Shown here piece by piece: positions 1 through 13,600 of a stretch of DNA of 63,879 bases (positions are counted from its first letter, which is position 1; every line of letters begins with the position of its first letter). The notes under the pieces were generated by a model. It worked only from the letters and a program-made list of their open reading frames with translations, was not told the origin of the DNA and did no database searches. The stretch comes from Nemertoderma westbladi (Eukaryota > Animalia > Xenacoelomorpha): positions 1-63,879 of the forward strand of contig JAUCBJ010004795.1 in assembly GCA_032718475.1 (NCBI GenBank). The letters are read 5' to 3'. Both the position numbers and the translations under genes were made by a program.

Positions 1-648
1 TAACCCAATATGTACACCAACCCACTTTGTACACTAACCCACTTTGGACACTAACCCAATATGTACACTAAACCCGCAATGCCCTGCCCAGTAACCTAAC
101 TATGTACACCAACCCACTTTGTTCACTAACCCAATATGTACACTAACCAAATATGTACACTAACCCAATATGGACACTAACCTAACTATGTACACTAACC
201 CAATGTGTACACTAACCCACTTTGTACACTAACCCATTATGTACACTAACCCAATATGTACGTACACCAACCCACTTTGTACACTAACCCAATATGTACA
301 CTAAACCCAATATTAACACTAACCCAATATGTACACTAACCCAATATGTACACTAAACCCAATTTGAACACTAACCCAATATGTACACTAACCCAATATG
401 TACACTAACCCAATGTACACTAAACCCACTTTGTACACTAACCCAATATGTACACTAACCTAACTATGTACACTAACCCAATATGTACACTAAACCCAAT
501 TTGAACACTAACCCAATATGTACACTAACCCAATATGTACACTAACCCAATGTACACTAAACCCAATTTGTACACTAACCCGATATGTACACCTACCTAC
601 TATGTACACTAATCCCAATATGTACACTAAGTGTACACTATATGTACA
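1..648. repeat. Degenerate ~17-bp minisatellite (ACTAACCCAATATGTAC)n in EDEM3 intron 5, truncated by the window start
   Basis: Visible periodic repeat with many variants. ORFs 508..690 and 518..700 are largely its translation. Confidence 0.95.
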
Positions 649-796
649 ACAAACACGTAAGGTGTCATTCAGCATATTATTTAAAAACATGGGACTTTGA
701 AAAAAGACACTGAGCCCGCAACAGTAGCGTATAATATTCCTTATGCGTAACTATATACAATGTATTGAAAAATGGGAGGGGTTTGTGGGGGAATAT

Positions 797-950
797 GTGG
801 GGCGAGCGACGAAAGTAAACGAGCTTAGCATACAGGTACCACTAACTCAATCGGTGTGTTTGTTGTTCTGTCGTGTCCAATTTTAAACGTTAATAACTCA
901 GCCAAATGTTAATGAAATTTAACTAAACTTGGTACACATGTAGTCTGGCA
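797..950. mobile_element. Fragment of an interspersed non-autonomous element beginning GTGGGGCGAGC
   Basis: Aligns by eye with 47141..47280 (gtggggcgagc..gaaagtaaac..acttagc..tacaggtacc..cttggtacaca). Confidence 0.6.
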
Positions 951-1451
951 AAAGTTTAGAAATTTTCTTTTTTACTGTTTTAATATTTTTTACAAATTGG
1001 GTTGGGTTGCCTCCGCACATAAAAATCTATTACTTTTAAAACACTAATTTCCTGGTAATACCTCTGCCTTTCATTAATCCTCTGCGATCCTTTGGGTTGG
1101 GGTGGTGCAGATTAAGAGGGCGGTAGAAGCGAGGGAGGGAACTTTTCTCTCTTCTTTGATTTATTCTTATAGGCGGTTTGGTTAAATTTCTTATTTATTT
1201 ATTTAAATTTCTTAAGTACCATAAAAACTGCCTGTCCGGGGTCTCGTTGTTTAATAATGTCTGGCATGAAGGAAGCACAACACCGAAGCACAACGCCGAA
1301 GCACAACACCGAGCTAGAATTATATTAACATTATCTACAATTATCTTCAAAATAATTAATAATACTAAAGAAATATTCTATACGAAAACCAACTAGTTGG
1401 ATATGTTTCCTCTATAGCTGCTGGCTTTTATATTCCTCCGTTTCTACACCG

Positions 1452-1483
<32 letters not shown>

Positions 1484-1522
1484 TAGCACCCGCACCCCTT
1501 GTTGCATATTTCGAATAAATAC

Positions 1523-1654
1523 CTCGAATATGGGATCTTTGGAAAGTCGACTTAAAGCTGCGAACTCGAGTATTAGTGTCCCCGCACACGCAGTACAGGT
1601 GTCCTGATTAGCACCCACGCGTGATTTATCACCAATTCCGTACTTTAAGTTCAC
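1523..1654 (-). CDS. EDEM3: EDEM3-like exon 5 ([33 protein letters not shown])
   Basis: Acceptor tttcag at 1655-1660, donor GTATTT at 1522; 132 nt, phase 0/0. Confidence 0.93.
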
Positions 1655-4600
1655 CTGAAATTATAATATGTAATGATTATTATCAATACCGGGATAGACC
1701 CGAAACATTATTTATATTGTTAACAATTTATTGTAAATAAATTGCATATTCTACTTAAACTATGTGGCTATGAACTACAACTAACTACCGACACCCACTT
1801 ACATATTTTCTTACAAAGTTACTTACAAAATCCCATTGTATCTTTTAAATTTATTGTAGGTCAATGAGATATTGCTTTTATCTGTGTTTTAAATTGATGT
1901 AAGGTTGAGATTGTGGCTCTCGGAAGGTCTTTATGTAGATCGTTCCATAGAAGGGGGTGTGATAGGTAGAGGATTGGGTGAGGTTGGATCGGTAAAATGG
2001 GAATCGGTGCGATGCAGGTTGTTCGAGTGGGATAAGTATGGATAGATTTGGCGAATGTGAATTTGTTCTTTAGTTGGGTTGGGAGTTTTGATAGACCCAT
2101 CCTAAAGCAGAATGTGTACTGTAGGTAGGAATTTATCGAGTGAGGACAGATTCATTAATTTCAATTGATTAAATAAGATGTGTGTAATGGTGGTCATGAG
2201 ATTACAAGAGGATTATCCTAATGATTTTTTTCTGTAATTTTATTAATGGAAGAAGGCAGATAGCGGGGATAGGAGTGGTGTGATAATCGCCGCAGTTTCC
2301 CCAAAGTAAGATTCAATCACAGAATGATATAAGTTGATGAGTATATTTAGTGGCAAGAAGTTCTTAGTTTTGTTTACAATTCCAATATTTTTTTGCAATT
2401 TTCAGTCGAATATAATCGACATGTTTGTTCTATTTTCGGTCGAATATAATCGACATGTTTGTTCTATTTTCGGTCGAATATAATCGACATGTTTGTTCTA
2501 TTTTTGGTCATCCCTGTTAAATATACCAAGGTATTTTTATATGTTTACCTTGTTCAATGTTGTGTGGACCATTTGAGATTTGAGTATTCTTCAGTTGCGT
2601 TTTTTTAATCATGTATTTCGGTGGTGATGATTTTTTTATTCGCATATTTTGACTGTAATATAAAAACCTATACTAGCATAAAGCTGTGACAATTACATAC
2701 ATACTGAGCGTGATATAGCAGAAGCAACTCACTACCACCTATCATGTTTTAAATATATTACGGAGGATAAATAATACATTAATAATAAAGTACATGTGTG
2801 CCATGACAACTCATTAGTTAGTTCACTTCACATGGTACTCAATACTAACTACTAGGAGGACTAGCGCATTGTCGACATAAACACACATTAAACCCGCACT
2901 ACAATTACCAACACAACTTAGACCGCCCTGCGCTGTTGGTTTAAATGAATATTCACCTTACGAACTACAATATATATAATAAATAAATCGTTTAGTGTAG
3001 ATGGATGGTTGATTAAGAACTGATTTCGGTATAACTTTCTTAAAGAGTTTTTATTTTAAAAAAAGCAAAGCTCCATCAATAATGACGTGTCGCACCTTGA
3101 AGTAAATTAACATGGGGAGGTATTAATTTGGCGATGCGTGATTTTGTGTTCGTATTATTTACAATAACTATTATTTGTTTCTATTTCTTTGTGCTCATTC
3201 ATATTATTTAGTATTTATTTAGCCTTAGTTTTATACTAAAAACCAATAGTTATTGTCCTGCCCATTCCAATCTACGATAATAATATTAGTACACCATGTC
3301 CCGTAATATAGTGTCATTTTCTGATGACACGGACCCCCCCCCCCCCCAAATTTTTCTACAAATCTTTATCATATTGCTTAAAATTTGAAACATAACTAGT
3401 TCCACTCACCGTCGTTGACCCCATGAAGCCGGAATTTTCGATTAATAAGTGAGAATAAGATAGAATAAATGGCCTGCAGTGAACAATAATTCTTGCAATC
3501 TTTAAACTCCTATATCTCAGCTGTTTCTCAACGAAATTCAGATATTGTTACATATTTGGAATCCTTGCAACGCAAGCTTTCTATTGATGTGAACAAATTA
3601 CGACAAATATGAAGAATGTCCACGATACAGAGGGTGCGATTTCACAAAAGACACTTTTTAAAACGCTTATAAACAAAATTTGAAGACAAAATCGAAAATT
3701 CCGGCTTCATGGTAACAACGACGGTGAGTTGAACTAGTTGTGTTTCAAATTTCAAGCAATATGATAATGATTTGTAGAAAAATCTGGGGGGGGGGGGGGG
3801 GGGGTCCGTGTCACCAGAAAATGACACTATATTACGGGACATGGTGTATATATTACCTGAAAGTAAAAAAGTAGAACAAAAACTGTTGGCCGACTAATAC
3901 TAACCCTTGGATATGGAAGTCCTGATTTACTATTGAATGCCGGCAGTAATCTGTAAGCGATATCTTTGGATTTAGCAATAAGTTCATCGTTATACCAAAA
4001 CAATCCAACACCGTTGTCTCTGTACCAAACGGCAGCTGAATGACCTCCAAGCAATCCCCTGCAAAAATAATGGTCGATTTACTGATAAAAATATCCACCT
4101 GCAAAATTTAATATAAAATACAATTTTATTCACTAGAAAGGGAATTAAACCATGGAGACGAGCTTACTCACCCCAGCACACGGATCGTTGTCTCGTTACT
4201 CACCCCAGCACACGGATCGTTGTCTCGCTACTCACCCCAGCACACGGATCGTTGTCTCGTTACTCACCCCAGCACACGAATCGTTGTCTCGCTACTCACC
4301 CCAGCACACGGATCGTTGTCTCGCTACTCACCCCAGCACACGGATCGTTGTCTCGTTACTCACCCCAGCACACGGATCGTTGTCTCGCTACTCACCCCAG
4401 CACACGGATCGTTGTCTCGTTACTCACCCCAGCACACTGATCGTTGTCTCGTTACTCACCCCAGCACACGAATCGTTGTCTCGTCTACTCACCCCAGCAC
4501 ACGGATCGTTGTCTCGCTACTCACCCCAGCACACGGATCGTTGTCTCGTTACTCACCCCAGCACACGGATCGTTGTCTCGCTACTCACCCCAGCACACGA

Positions 4601-7600
4601 ATCGTTGTCTCGCTACTCACCCCAGCACACGGATCGTTGTCTCGTTACTCACCCCAGCACACGGATCGTTGTCTCGCTACTCACCCCAGCACACGGATCG
4701 TTGTCTCGCTACTCACCCCAGCACACGGATCGTTGTCTCGTTACTCACCCCAGCACACGGATCGTTGTCTCGCTACTCACCCCAGCACACGGATCGTTGT
4801 CTCGCTACTCACCCCATCACACTGATCGTTGTCTCGCTACTCACCCCAGCACACGGATCGTTGTCTCGCTACTCACCCCAGCACACGGATCGTTGTCTCG
4901 CTACTCACCCCATCACACTGATCGTTGTCTCGTTACTCACCCCAGCACACGGATCGTTGTCTCGCTACTCACCCCAGCACACGGATCGTTGTCTCGCTAC
5001 TCACCCCAGCACACGAATCGTTGTCTCGTTACTCACCCCAGCACACGGATCGTTGTCTCGTTACTCACCCCAGCACACGGATCGTTGTCTCGCTACTCAC
5101 CCCAGCACACGAATCGTTGTCTCGCTACTCACCCCAGCACACGGATCGTTGTCTCGTTACTCACCCCAGCACACGGATCGTTGTCTCGTTGTCGTTACTC
5201 ACCCCAGCACACGGATCGTTGTCTCGCTACTCACCCCAGCACACGGATCGTTGTCTCGCTACTCACCCCAGCACACTGATCGTTGTCTCGCTACTCACCC
5301 CAGCACACGAATCGTTGTCTCGTTACTCACCCCAGCACACGGATCGTTGTCTCGCTACTCACCCCAGCACACGAATCGTTGTCTCGCTACTCACCCCAGC
5401 ACACGGATCGTTGTCTCGCTACTCACCCCACGCTCACACTGATCGTTGTCTCGTTACTCACCCCAGCACACGGATCGTTGTCTCGCTACTCACCCCAGCA
5501 CACGGATCGTTGTCTCGCTACTCACCCCATCGCCATCACACTGATCGTTGTCTCGTTACTCACCCCAGCACACTGATCGTTGTCTCGCTACTCACCCCAG
5601 CACACTGATCGTTGTCTCGCTACTCACCCCAGCACACGAATCGTTGTCTCGTTACTCACCCCAGCACACGAATCGTTGTCTCGTTACTCACCCCAGCACA
5701 CGGATCGTTGTCTCGTTACTCACCCCAGCACACGAATCGTTGTCTCGCTACTCACCCCATCACACTGATCGTTGTCTCGTTACTCACCCCAGCACACGGA
5801 TCGTTGTCTCGCTACTCACCCCATCACACTGATCGTTGTCTCGTTACTCACCCCAGCACACGAATCGTTGTCTCGCTACTCACCCCAGCACACTGATCGT
5901 TGTCTCGTTACTCACCCCAGCACACGGATCGTTGTCTCGCTACTCACCCCATCACACTGATCGTTGTCTCGTTACTCACCCCAGCACACGGATCGTTGTC
6001 TCGCTACTCACCCCATCACACTGATCGTTGTCTCGTTACTCACCCCAGCACACGAATCGTTGTCTCGTTACTCACCCCAGCACACGAATCGTTGTCTCGT
6101 TACTCACCCCAGCACACGGATCGTTGTCTCGTTACTCACCCCAGCACACGAATCGTTGTCTCGCTACTCACCCCATCACACTGATCGTTGTCTCGTTACT
6201 CACCCCAGCACACGGATCGTTGTCTCGCTACTCACCCCATCACACTGATCGTTGTCTCGTTACTCACCCCAGCACACGGATCGTTGTCTCGCTACTCACC
6301 CCATCACACTGATCGTTGTCTCGTTACTCACCCCAGCACACGGATCGTTGTCTCGCTACTCACCCCAGCACACGAATCGTTGTCTCGTTACTCACCCCAG
6401 CACACGGATCGTTGTCTCGTTACTCACCCCAGCACACGAATCGTTGTCTCGCTACTCACCCCATCACACTGATCGTTGTCTCGTTACTCACCCCAGCACA
6501 CGGATCGTTGTCTCGCTACTCACCCCATCACACTGATCGTTGTCTCGTTACTCACCCCAGCACACGGATCGTTGTCTCGCTACTCACCCCATCACACTGA
6601 TCGTTGTCTCGTTACTCACCCCAGCACACGAATCGTTGTCTCGCTACTCACCCCAGCACACTGATCGTTGTCTCGCTACTCACCCCAGCACACGGATCGT
6701 TGTCTCGCTACTCACCCCAGCACACTGATCGTTGTCTCGCTACTCACCCCAGCACACGGATCGTTGTCTCGCTACTCACCCCAGCACACTGATCGTTGTC
6801 TCGCTACTCACCCCAGCACACGAATCGTTGTCTCGTTACTCACCCCAGCACACGAATCGTTGTCTCGTTACTCACCCCAGCACACGGATCGTTGTCTCGC
6901 TACTCACCCCAGCACACGAATCGTTGTCTCGCTACTCACCCCAGCACACGGATCGTTGTCTCGCTACTCACCCCAGCACACGGATCGTTGTCTCGCTACT
7001 CACCCCATCGCCATCACACTGATCGTTGTCTCGTTACTCACCCCAGCACACGGATCGTTGTCTCGCTACTCACCCCATCACACTGATCGTTGTCTCGTTA
7101 CTCACCCCAGCACACGGATCGTTGTCTCGCTACTCACCCCATCACACTGATCGTTGTCTCGATACTCACCCCAGCACACGAATCGTTGTCTCGCTACTCA
7201 CCCCAGCACACGGATCGTTGTCTCGCTACTCACCCCATCGCCATCACACTGATCGTTGTCTCGTTACTCACCCCAGCACACTGATCGTTGTCTCGCTACT
7301 CACCCCAGCACACTGATCGTTGCCTCGCTACTCACCCCAGCACACTGATCGTTGTCTCGCTACTCACCCCAGCACACGAATCGTTGTCTCGTTACTCACC
7401 CCAGCACACGAATCGTTGTCTCGTTACTCACCCCAGCACACGGATCGTTGTCTCGCTTACTCACCCCAGCACACGAATCGTTGTCTCGCTACTCACCCCA
7501 TCACACTGATCGTTGTCTCGTTACTCACCCCAGCACACGGATCGTTGTCTCGCTACTCACCCCATCACACTGATCGTTGTCTCGTTACTCACCCCAGCAC

Positions 7601-10600
7601 ACGAATCGTTGTCTCGCTACTCACCCCAGCACACTGATCGTTGTCTCGTTACTCACCCCAGCACACGGATCGTTGTCTCGCTACTCACCCCATCACACTG
7701 ATCGTTGTCTCGTTACTCACCCCAGCACACGGATCGTTGTCTCGCTACTCACCCCATCACACTGATCGTTGTCTCGTTACTCACCCCAGCACACGAATCG
7801 TTGTCTCGTTACTCACCCCAGCACACGAATCGTTGTCTCGTTACTCACCCCAGCACACGGATCGTTGTCTCGTTACTCACCCCAGCACACGAATCGTTGT
7901 CTCGCTACTCACCCCATCACACTGATCGTTGTCTCGTTACTCACCCCAGCACACGGATCGTTGTCTCGCTACTCACCCCATCACACTGATCGTTGTCTCG
8001 TTACTCACCCCAGCACACGGATCGTTGTCTCGCTACTCACCCCATCACACTGATCGTTGTCTCGTTACTCACCCCAGCACACGAATCGTTGTCTCGCTAC
8101 TCACCCCAGCACACTGATCGTTGTCTCGTTACTCACCCCAGCACACGGATCGTTGTCTCGCTACTCACCCCATCACACTGATCGTTGTCTCGTTACTCAC
8201 CCCAGCACACGGATCGTTGTCTCGCTACTCACCCCATCACACTGATCGTTGTCTCGTTACTCACCCCAGCACACGGATCGTTGTCTCGTTACTCACCCCA
8301 GCACACGAATCGTTGTCTCGTTACTCACCCCAGCACACGGATCGTTGTCTCGCTACTCACCCCAGCACACGAATCGTTGTCTCGCTACTCACCCCAGCAC
8401 ACGGATCGTTGTCTCGCTACTCACCCCAGCACACGGATCGTTGTCTCGCTACTCACCCCATCGCCATCACACTGATCGTTGTCTCGTTACTCACCCCAGC
8501 ACACGGATCGTTGTCTCGCTACTCACCCCATCACACTGATCGTTGTCTCGTTACTCACCCCAGCACACGGATCGTTGTCTCGTTACTCACCCCAGCACAC
8601 GGATCGTTGTCTCGCTACTCACCCCAGCACACGAATCGTTGTCTCGCTACTCACCCCAGCACACGGATCGTTGTCTCGCTACTCACCCCAGCACACGGAT
8701 CGTTGTCTCGCTACTCACCCCATCGCCATCACACTGATCGTTGTCTCGTTACTCACCCCAGCACACGGATCGTTGTCTCGCTACTCACCCCATCACACTG
8801 ATCGTTGTCTCGTTACTCACCCCAGCACACGGATCGTTGTCTCGCTACTCACCCCATCACACTGATCGTTGTCTCGTTACTCACCCCAGCACACGGATCG
8901 TTGTCTCGCTACTCACCCCAGCACACGGATCGTTGTCTCGCTACTCACCCCATCGCCATCACACTGATCGTTGTCTCGTTACTCACCCCAGCACACTGAT
9001 CGTTGTCTCGCTACTCACCCCAGCACACTGATCGTTGCCTCGCTACTCACCCCAGCACACTGATCGTTGTCTCGCTACTCACCCCAGCACACGAATCGTT
9101 GTCTCGTTACTCACCCCAGCACACGAATCGTTGTCTCGTTACTCACCCCAGCACACGGATCGTTGTCTCGTTATCGTTACTCACCCCAGCACACGAATCG
9201 TTGTCTCGCTACTCACCCCATCACACTGATCGTTGTCTCGTTACTCACCCCAGCACACGGATCGTTGTCTCGCTACTCACCCCATCACACTGATCGTTGT
9301 CTCGTTACTCACCCCAGCACACGAATCGTTGTCTCGCTACTCACCCCAGCACACTGATCGTTGTCTCGTTACTCACCCCAGCACACGGATCGTTGTCTCG
9401 CTACTCACCCCATCACACTGATCGTTGTCTCGTTACTCACCCCAGCACACGGATCGTTGTCTCGCTACTCACCCCATCACACTGATCGTTGTCTCGTTAC
9501 TCACCCCAGCACACGAATCGTTGTCTCGTTACTCACCCCAGCACACGAATCGTTGTCTCGTTACTCACCCCAGCACACGGATCGTTGTCTCGTTACTCAC
9601 CCCAGCACACGAATCGTTGTCTCGCTACTCACCCCATCACACTGATCGTTGTCTCGTTACTCACCCCAGCACACGGATCGTTGTCTCGCTACTCACCCCA
9701 TCACACTGATCGTTGTCTCGTTACTCACCCCAGCACACGGATCGTTGTCTCGCTACTCACCCCATCACACTGATCGTTGTCTCGTTACTCACCCCAGCAC
9801 ACGAATCGTTGTCTCGCTACTCACCCCAGCACACTGATCGTTGTCTCGTTACTCACCCCAGCACACGGATCGTTGTCTCGCTACTCACCCCATCACACTG
9901 ATCGTTGTCTCGTTACTCACCCCAGCACACGGATCGTTGTCTCGCTACTCACCCCATCACACTGATCGTTGTCTCGTTACTCACCCCAGCACACGAATCG
10001 TTGTCTCGTTACTCACCCCAGCACACGAATCGTTGTCTCGTTACTCACCCCAGCACACGGATCGTTGTCTCGCTACTCACCCCAGCACACGAATCGTTGT
10101 CTCGCTACTCACCCCAGCACACGGATCGTTGTCTCGCTACTCACCCCAGCACACGGATCGTTGTCTCGCTACTCACCCCATCGCCATCACACTGATCGTT
10201 GTCTCGTTACTCACCCCAGCACACGGATCGTTGTCTCGCTACTCACCCCATCACACTGATCGTTGTCTCGTTACTCACCCCAGCACACGGATCGTTGTCT
10301 CGCTACTCACCCCATCACACTGATCGTTGTCTCGCTACTCACCCCAGCACACGAATCGTTGTCTCGCTACTCACCCCAGCACACGGATCGTTGTCTCGCT
10401 ACTCACCCCATCGCCATCACACTGATCGTTGTCTCGTTACTCACCCCAGCACACTGATCGTTGTCTCGCTACTCACCCCAGCACACTGATCGTTGTCTCG
10501 CTACTCACCCCAGCACACGGATCGTTGTCTCGTTACTCACCCCAGCACACGGATCGTTGTCTCGCTACTCACCCCAGCACACGGATCGTTGTCTCGTTAC

Positions 10601-13600
10601 TCACCCCAGCACACGGATCGTTGTCTCGCTACTCACCCCAGCACACGGATCGTTGTCTCGTTACTCACCCCAGCACACGAATCGTTGTCTCGTTACTCAC
10701 CCCAGCACACGAATCGTTGTCTCGTTACTCACCCCAGCACACGGATCGTTGTCTCGTTACTCACCCCAGCACACGAATCGTTGTCTCGCTACTCACCCCA
10801 TCACACTGATCGTTGTCTCGTTACTCACCCCAGCACACGGATCGTTGTCTCGCTACTCACCCCATCACACTGATCGTTGTCTCGTTACTCACCCCAGCAC
10901 ACGGATCGTTGTCTCGCTACTCACCCCATCACACTGATCGTTGTCTCGCTACTCACCCCATCGCCATCACACTGATCGTTGTCTCGTTACTCACCCCAGC
11001 ACACTGATCGTTGTCTCGCTACTCACCCCAGCACACTGATCGTTGTCTCGCTACTCACCCCAGCACACGAATCGTTGTCTCGTTACTCACCCCAGCACAC
11101 GAATCGTTGTCTCGTTACTCACCCCAGCACACGGATCGTTGTCTCGTTACTCACCCCAGCACACGAATCGTTGTCTCGCTACTCACCCCATCACACTGAT
11201 CGTTGTCTCGTTACTCACCCCAGCACACGGATCGTTGTCTCGCTACTCACCCCATCACACTGATCGTTGTCTCGTTACTCACCCCAGCACACGGATCGTT
11301 GTCTCGCTACTCACCCCATCACACTGATCGTTGTCTCGTTACTCACCCCAGCACACGGATCGTTGTCTCGCTACTCACCCCATCACACTGATCGTTGTCT
11401 CGTTACTCACCCCAGCACACGGATCGTTGTCTCGCTACTCACCCCATCACACTGATCGTTGTCTCGTTACTCACCCCAGCACACGAATCGTTGTCTCGTT
11501 ACTCACCCCAGCACACGAATCGTTGTCTCGTTACTCACAGCACACGGATCGTTGTCTCGCTACTCACCCCATCACACTGATCGTTGTCTCGTTACTCACC
11601 CCAGCACACGGATCGTTGTCTCGCTACTCACCCCATCACACTGATCGTTGTCTCGTTACTCACCCCAGCACACGAATCGTTGTCTCGCTACTCACCCCAG
11701 CACACTGATCGTTGTCTCGTTACTCACCCCAGCACACGGATCGTTGTCTCGCTACTCACCCCATCACACTGATCGTTGTCTCGTTACTCACCCCAGCACA
11801 CGGATCGTTGTCTCGCTACTCACCCCATCACACTGATCGTTGTCTCGTTACTCACCCCAGCACACGGTTCGTTGTCTCGCTACTCACCCCAGCACACTGA
11901 TCGTTGTCTCGCTACTCACCCCAGCACACGGATCGTTGTCTCGCTACTCACCCCAGCACACGGATCGTTGTCTCGTTACTCACCCCAGCACACGGATCGT
12001 TGTCTCGCTACTCACCCCATCACACTGATCGTTGTCTCGTTACTCACCCCAGCACACGGATCGTTGTCTCGCTACTCACCCCAGCACACGGTTCGTTGTC
12101 TCGCTACTCACCCCAGCACACTGATCGTTGTTTCGCTACTCACCCCAGCACACGGATCGTTGTCTCGCTACTCACCCCAGCACACGGATCGTTGTCTCGT
12201 TACTCACCCCAGCACACGGATCGTTGTCTCGCTACTCACCCCATCACACTGATCGTTGTCTCGTTACTCACCCCAGCACACGGATCGTTGTCTCGCTACT
12301 CACCCCATCACACTGATCGTTGTCTCGTTACTCACCCCAGCACACGGATCGTTGTCTCACTACTCACCCCATCGCCATCACACTGATCGTTGTCTCGTTA
12401 CTCACCCCAGCACACGGATCGTTGTCTCGCTACTCACCCCAGCACACGGATCGTTGTCTCGTTACTCACCCCAGCACACGGATCGTTGTCTCGTTACTCA
12501 CCCCAGCACACGGATCGGTATCTCGTTACTCACCCCAGCACACGGATCGTTGTCTCGCTACTCACCCCAGCACACGGTTCGTTGTCTCGCTACTCACCCC
12601 AGCACACTGATCGTTGTTTCGCTACTCACCCCAGCACACGGATCGTTGTCTCGCTACTCACCCCAGCACACGGATCGTTGTCTCGTTACTCACCCCAGCA
12701 CACGAATCGTTGTCTCGCTACTCACCCCATCACACTGATCGTTGTCTCGCTACTCACCCCATCACACTGATCGTTGTCTCGCTACTCACCCCAGCACACG
12801 GATCGTTGTCTCGCTACTCACCCCAGCACACGAATCGTTGTCTCGTTACTCACCCCAGCACACGGATCGTTGACTCGCTACTCACCCCAGCACACGGATC
12901 GTTGTCTCGCTACTCACCCCAGCACACGAATCGTTGTCTCGCTACTCACCCCAGCACACGGATCGTTGTCTCGCTACTCACCCCAGCACACGGTTCGTTG
13001 TCTCGCTACTCACCCCAGCACACGAATCGTTGTCTCGCTACTCACCCCATCACACTGATCGTTGTCTCGTTACTCACCCCAGCACACGGATCGTTGTCTC
13101 GTTACTCACCCCAGCACACGGATCGTTGTCTCGTTACTCACCCCAGCACACGGATCGTTGTCTCGCTACTCACCCCAGCACACGGATCGTTGTCTCGCTA
13201 CTCACCCCATCACACTGATCGTTGTCTCGTTACTCACCCCAGCACACGGATCGTTGTCTCGTTACTCACCCCAGCACACGGATCGTTGTCTCGTTACTCA
13301 CCCCAGCACACGGATCGTTGTCTCGCTACTCACCCCAGCACACGGATCGTTGTCTCGTTACTCACCCCAGCACACGGATCGTTGTCTCGCTACTCACCCC
13401 AGCACACGGATCGTTGTCTCGTTACTCACCCCAGCACACGGATCGTTGTCTCGAAGGTCGATACTACCACATCGTTATCGAAGGAAACCTCGTTGATTAC
13501 TTTACGAACGGAGCTATCAAACCTATCGATGTCACCAATAACCGCGATAGTATCAAGAGAATCAATAAGAGTTAACGCAAACCTAAAATATTCAAACAGA

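Noticed and set aside
1-648. Telomeric repeat (contains TAACCC)
   Set aside because: The period is ~17 bp rather than 6, and it lies inside an intron of a gene that must continue past position 1.
4099-4110. Alternative acceptor TTTTGCAG 40 nt upstream of EDEM3 exon 4
   Set aside because: Would shift the frame; homology (RVLG|GLLGGH) supports 4059.
4164-13453. CRISPR array (32-bp repeat)
   Set aside because: Units are head-to-tail with no unique spacers, there are no cas genes, and the context is eukaryotic.
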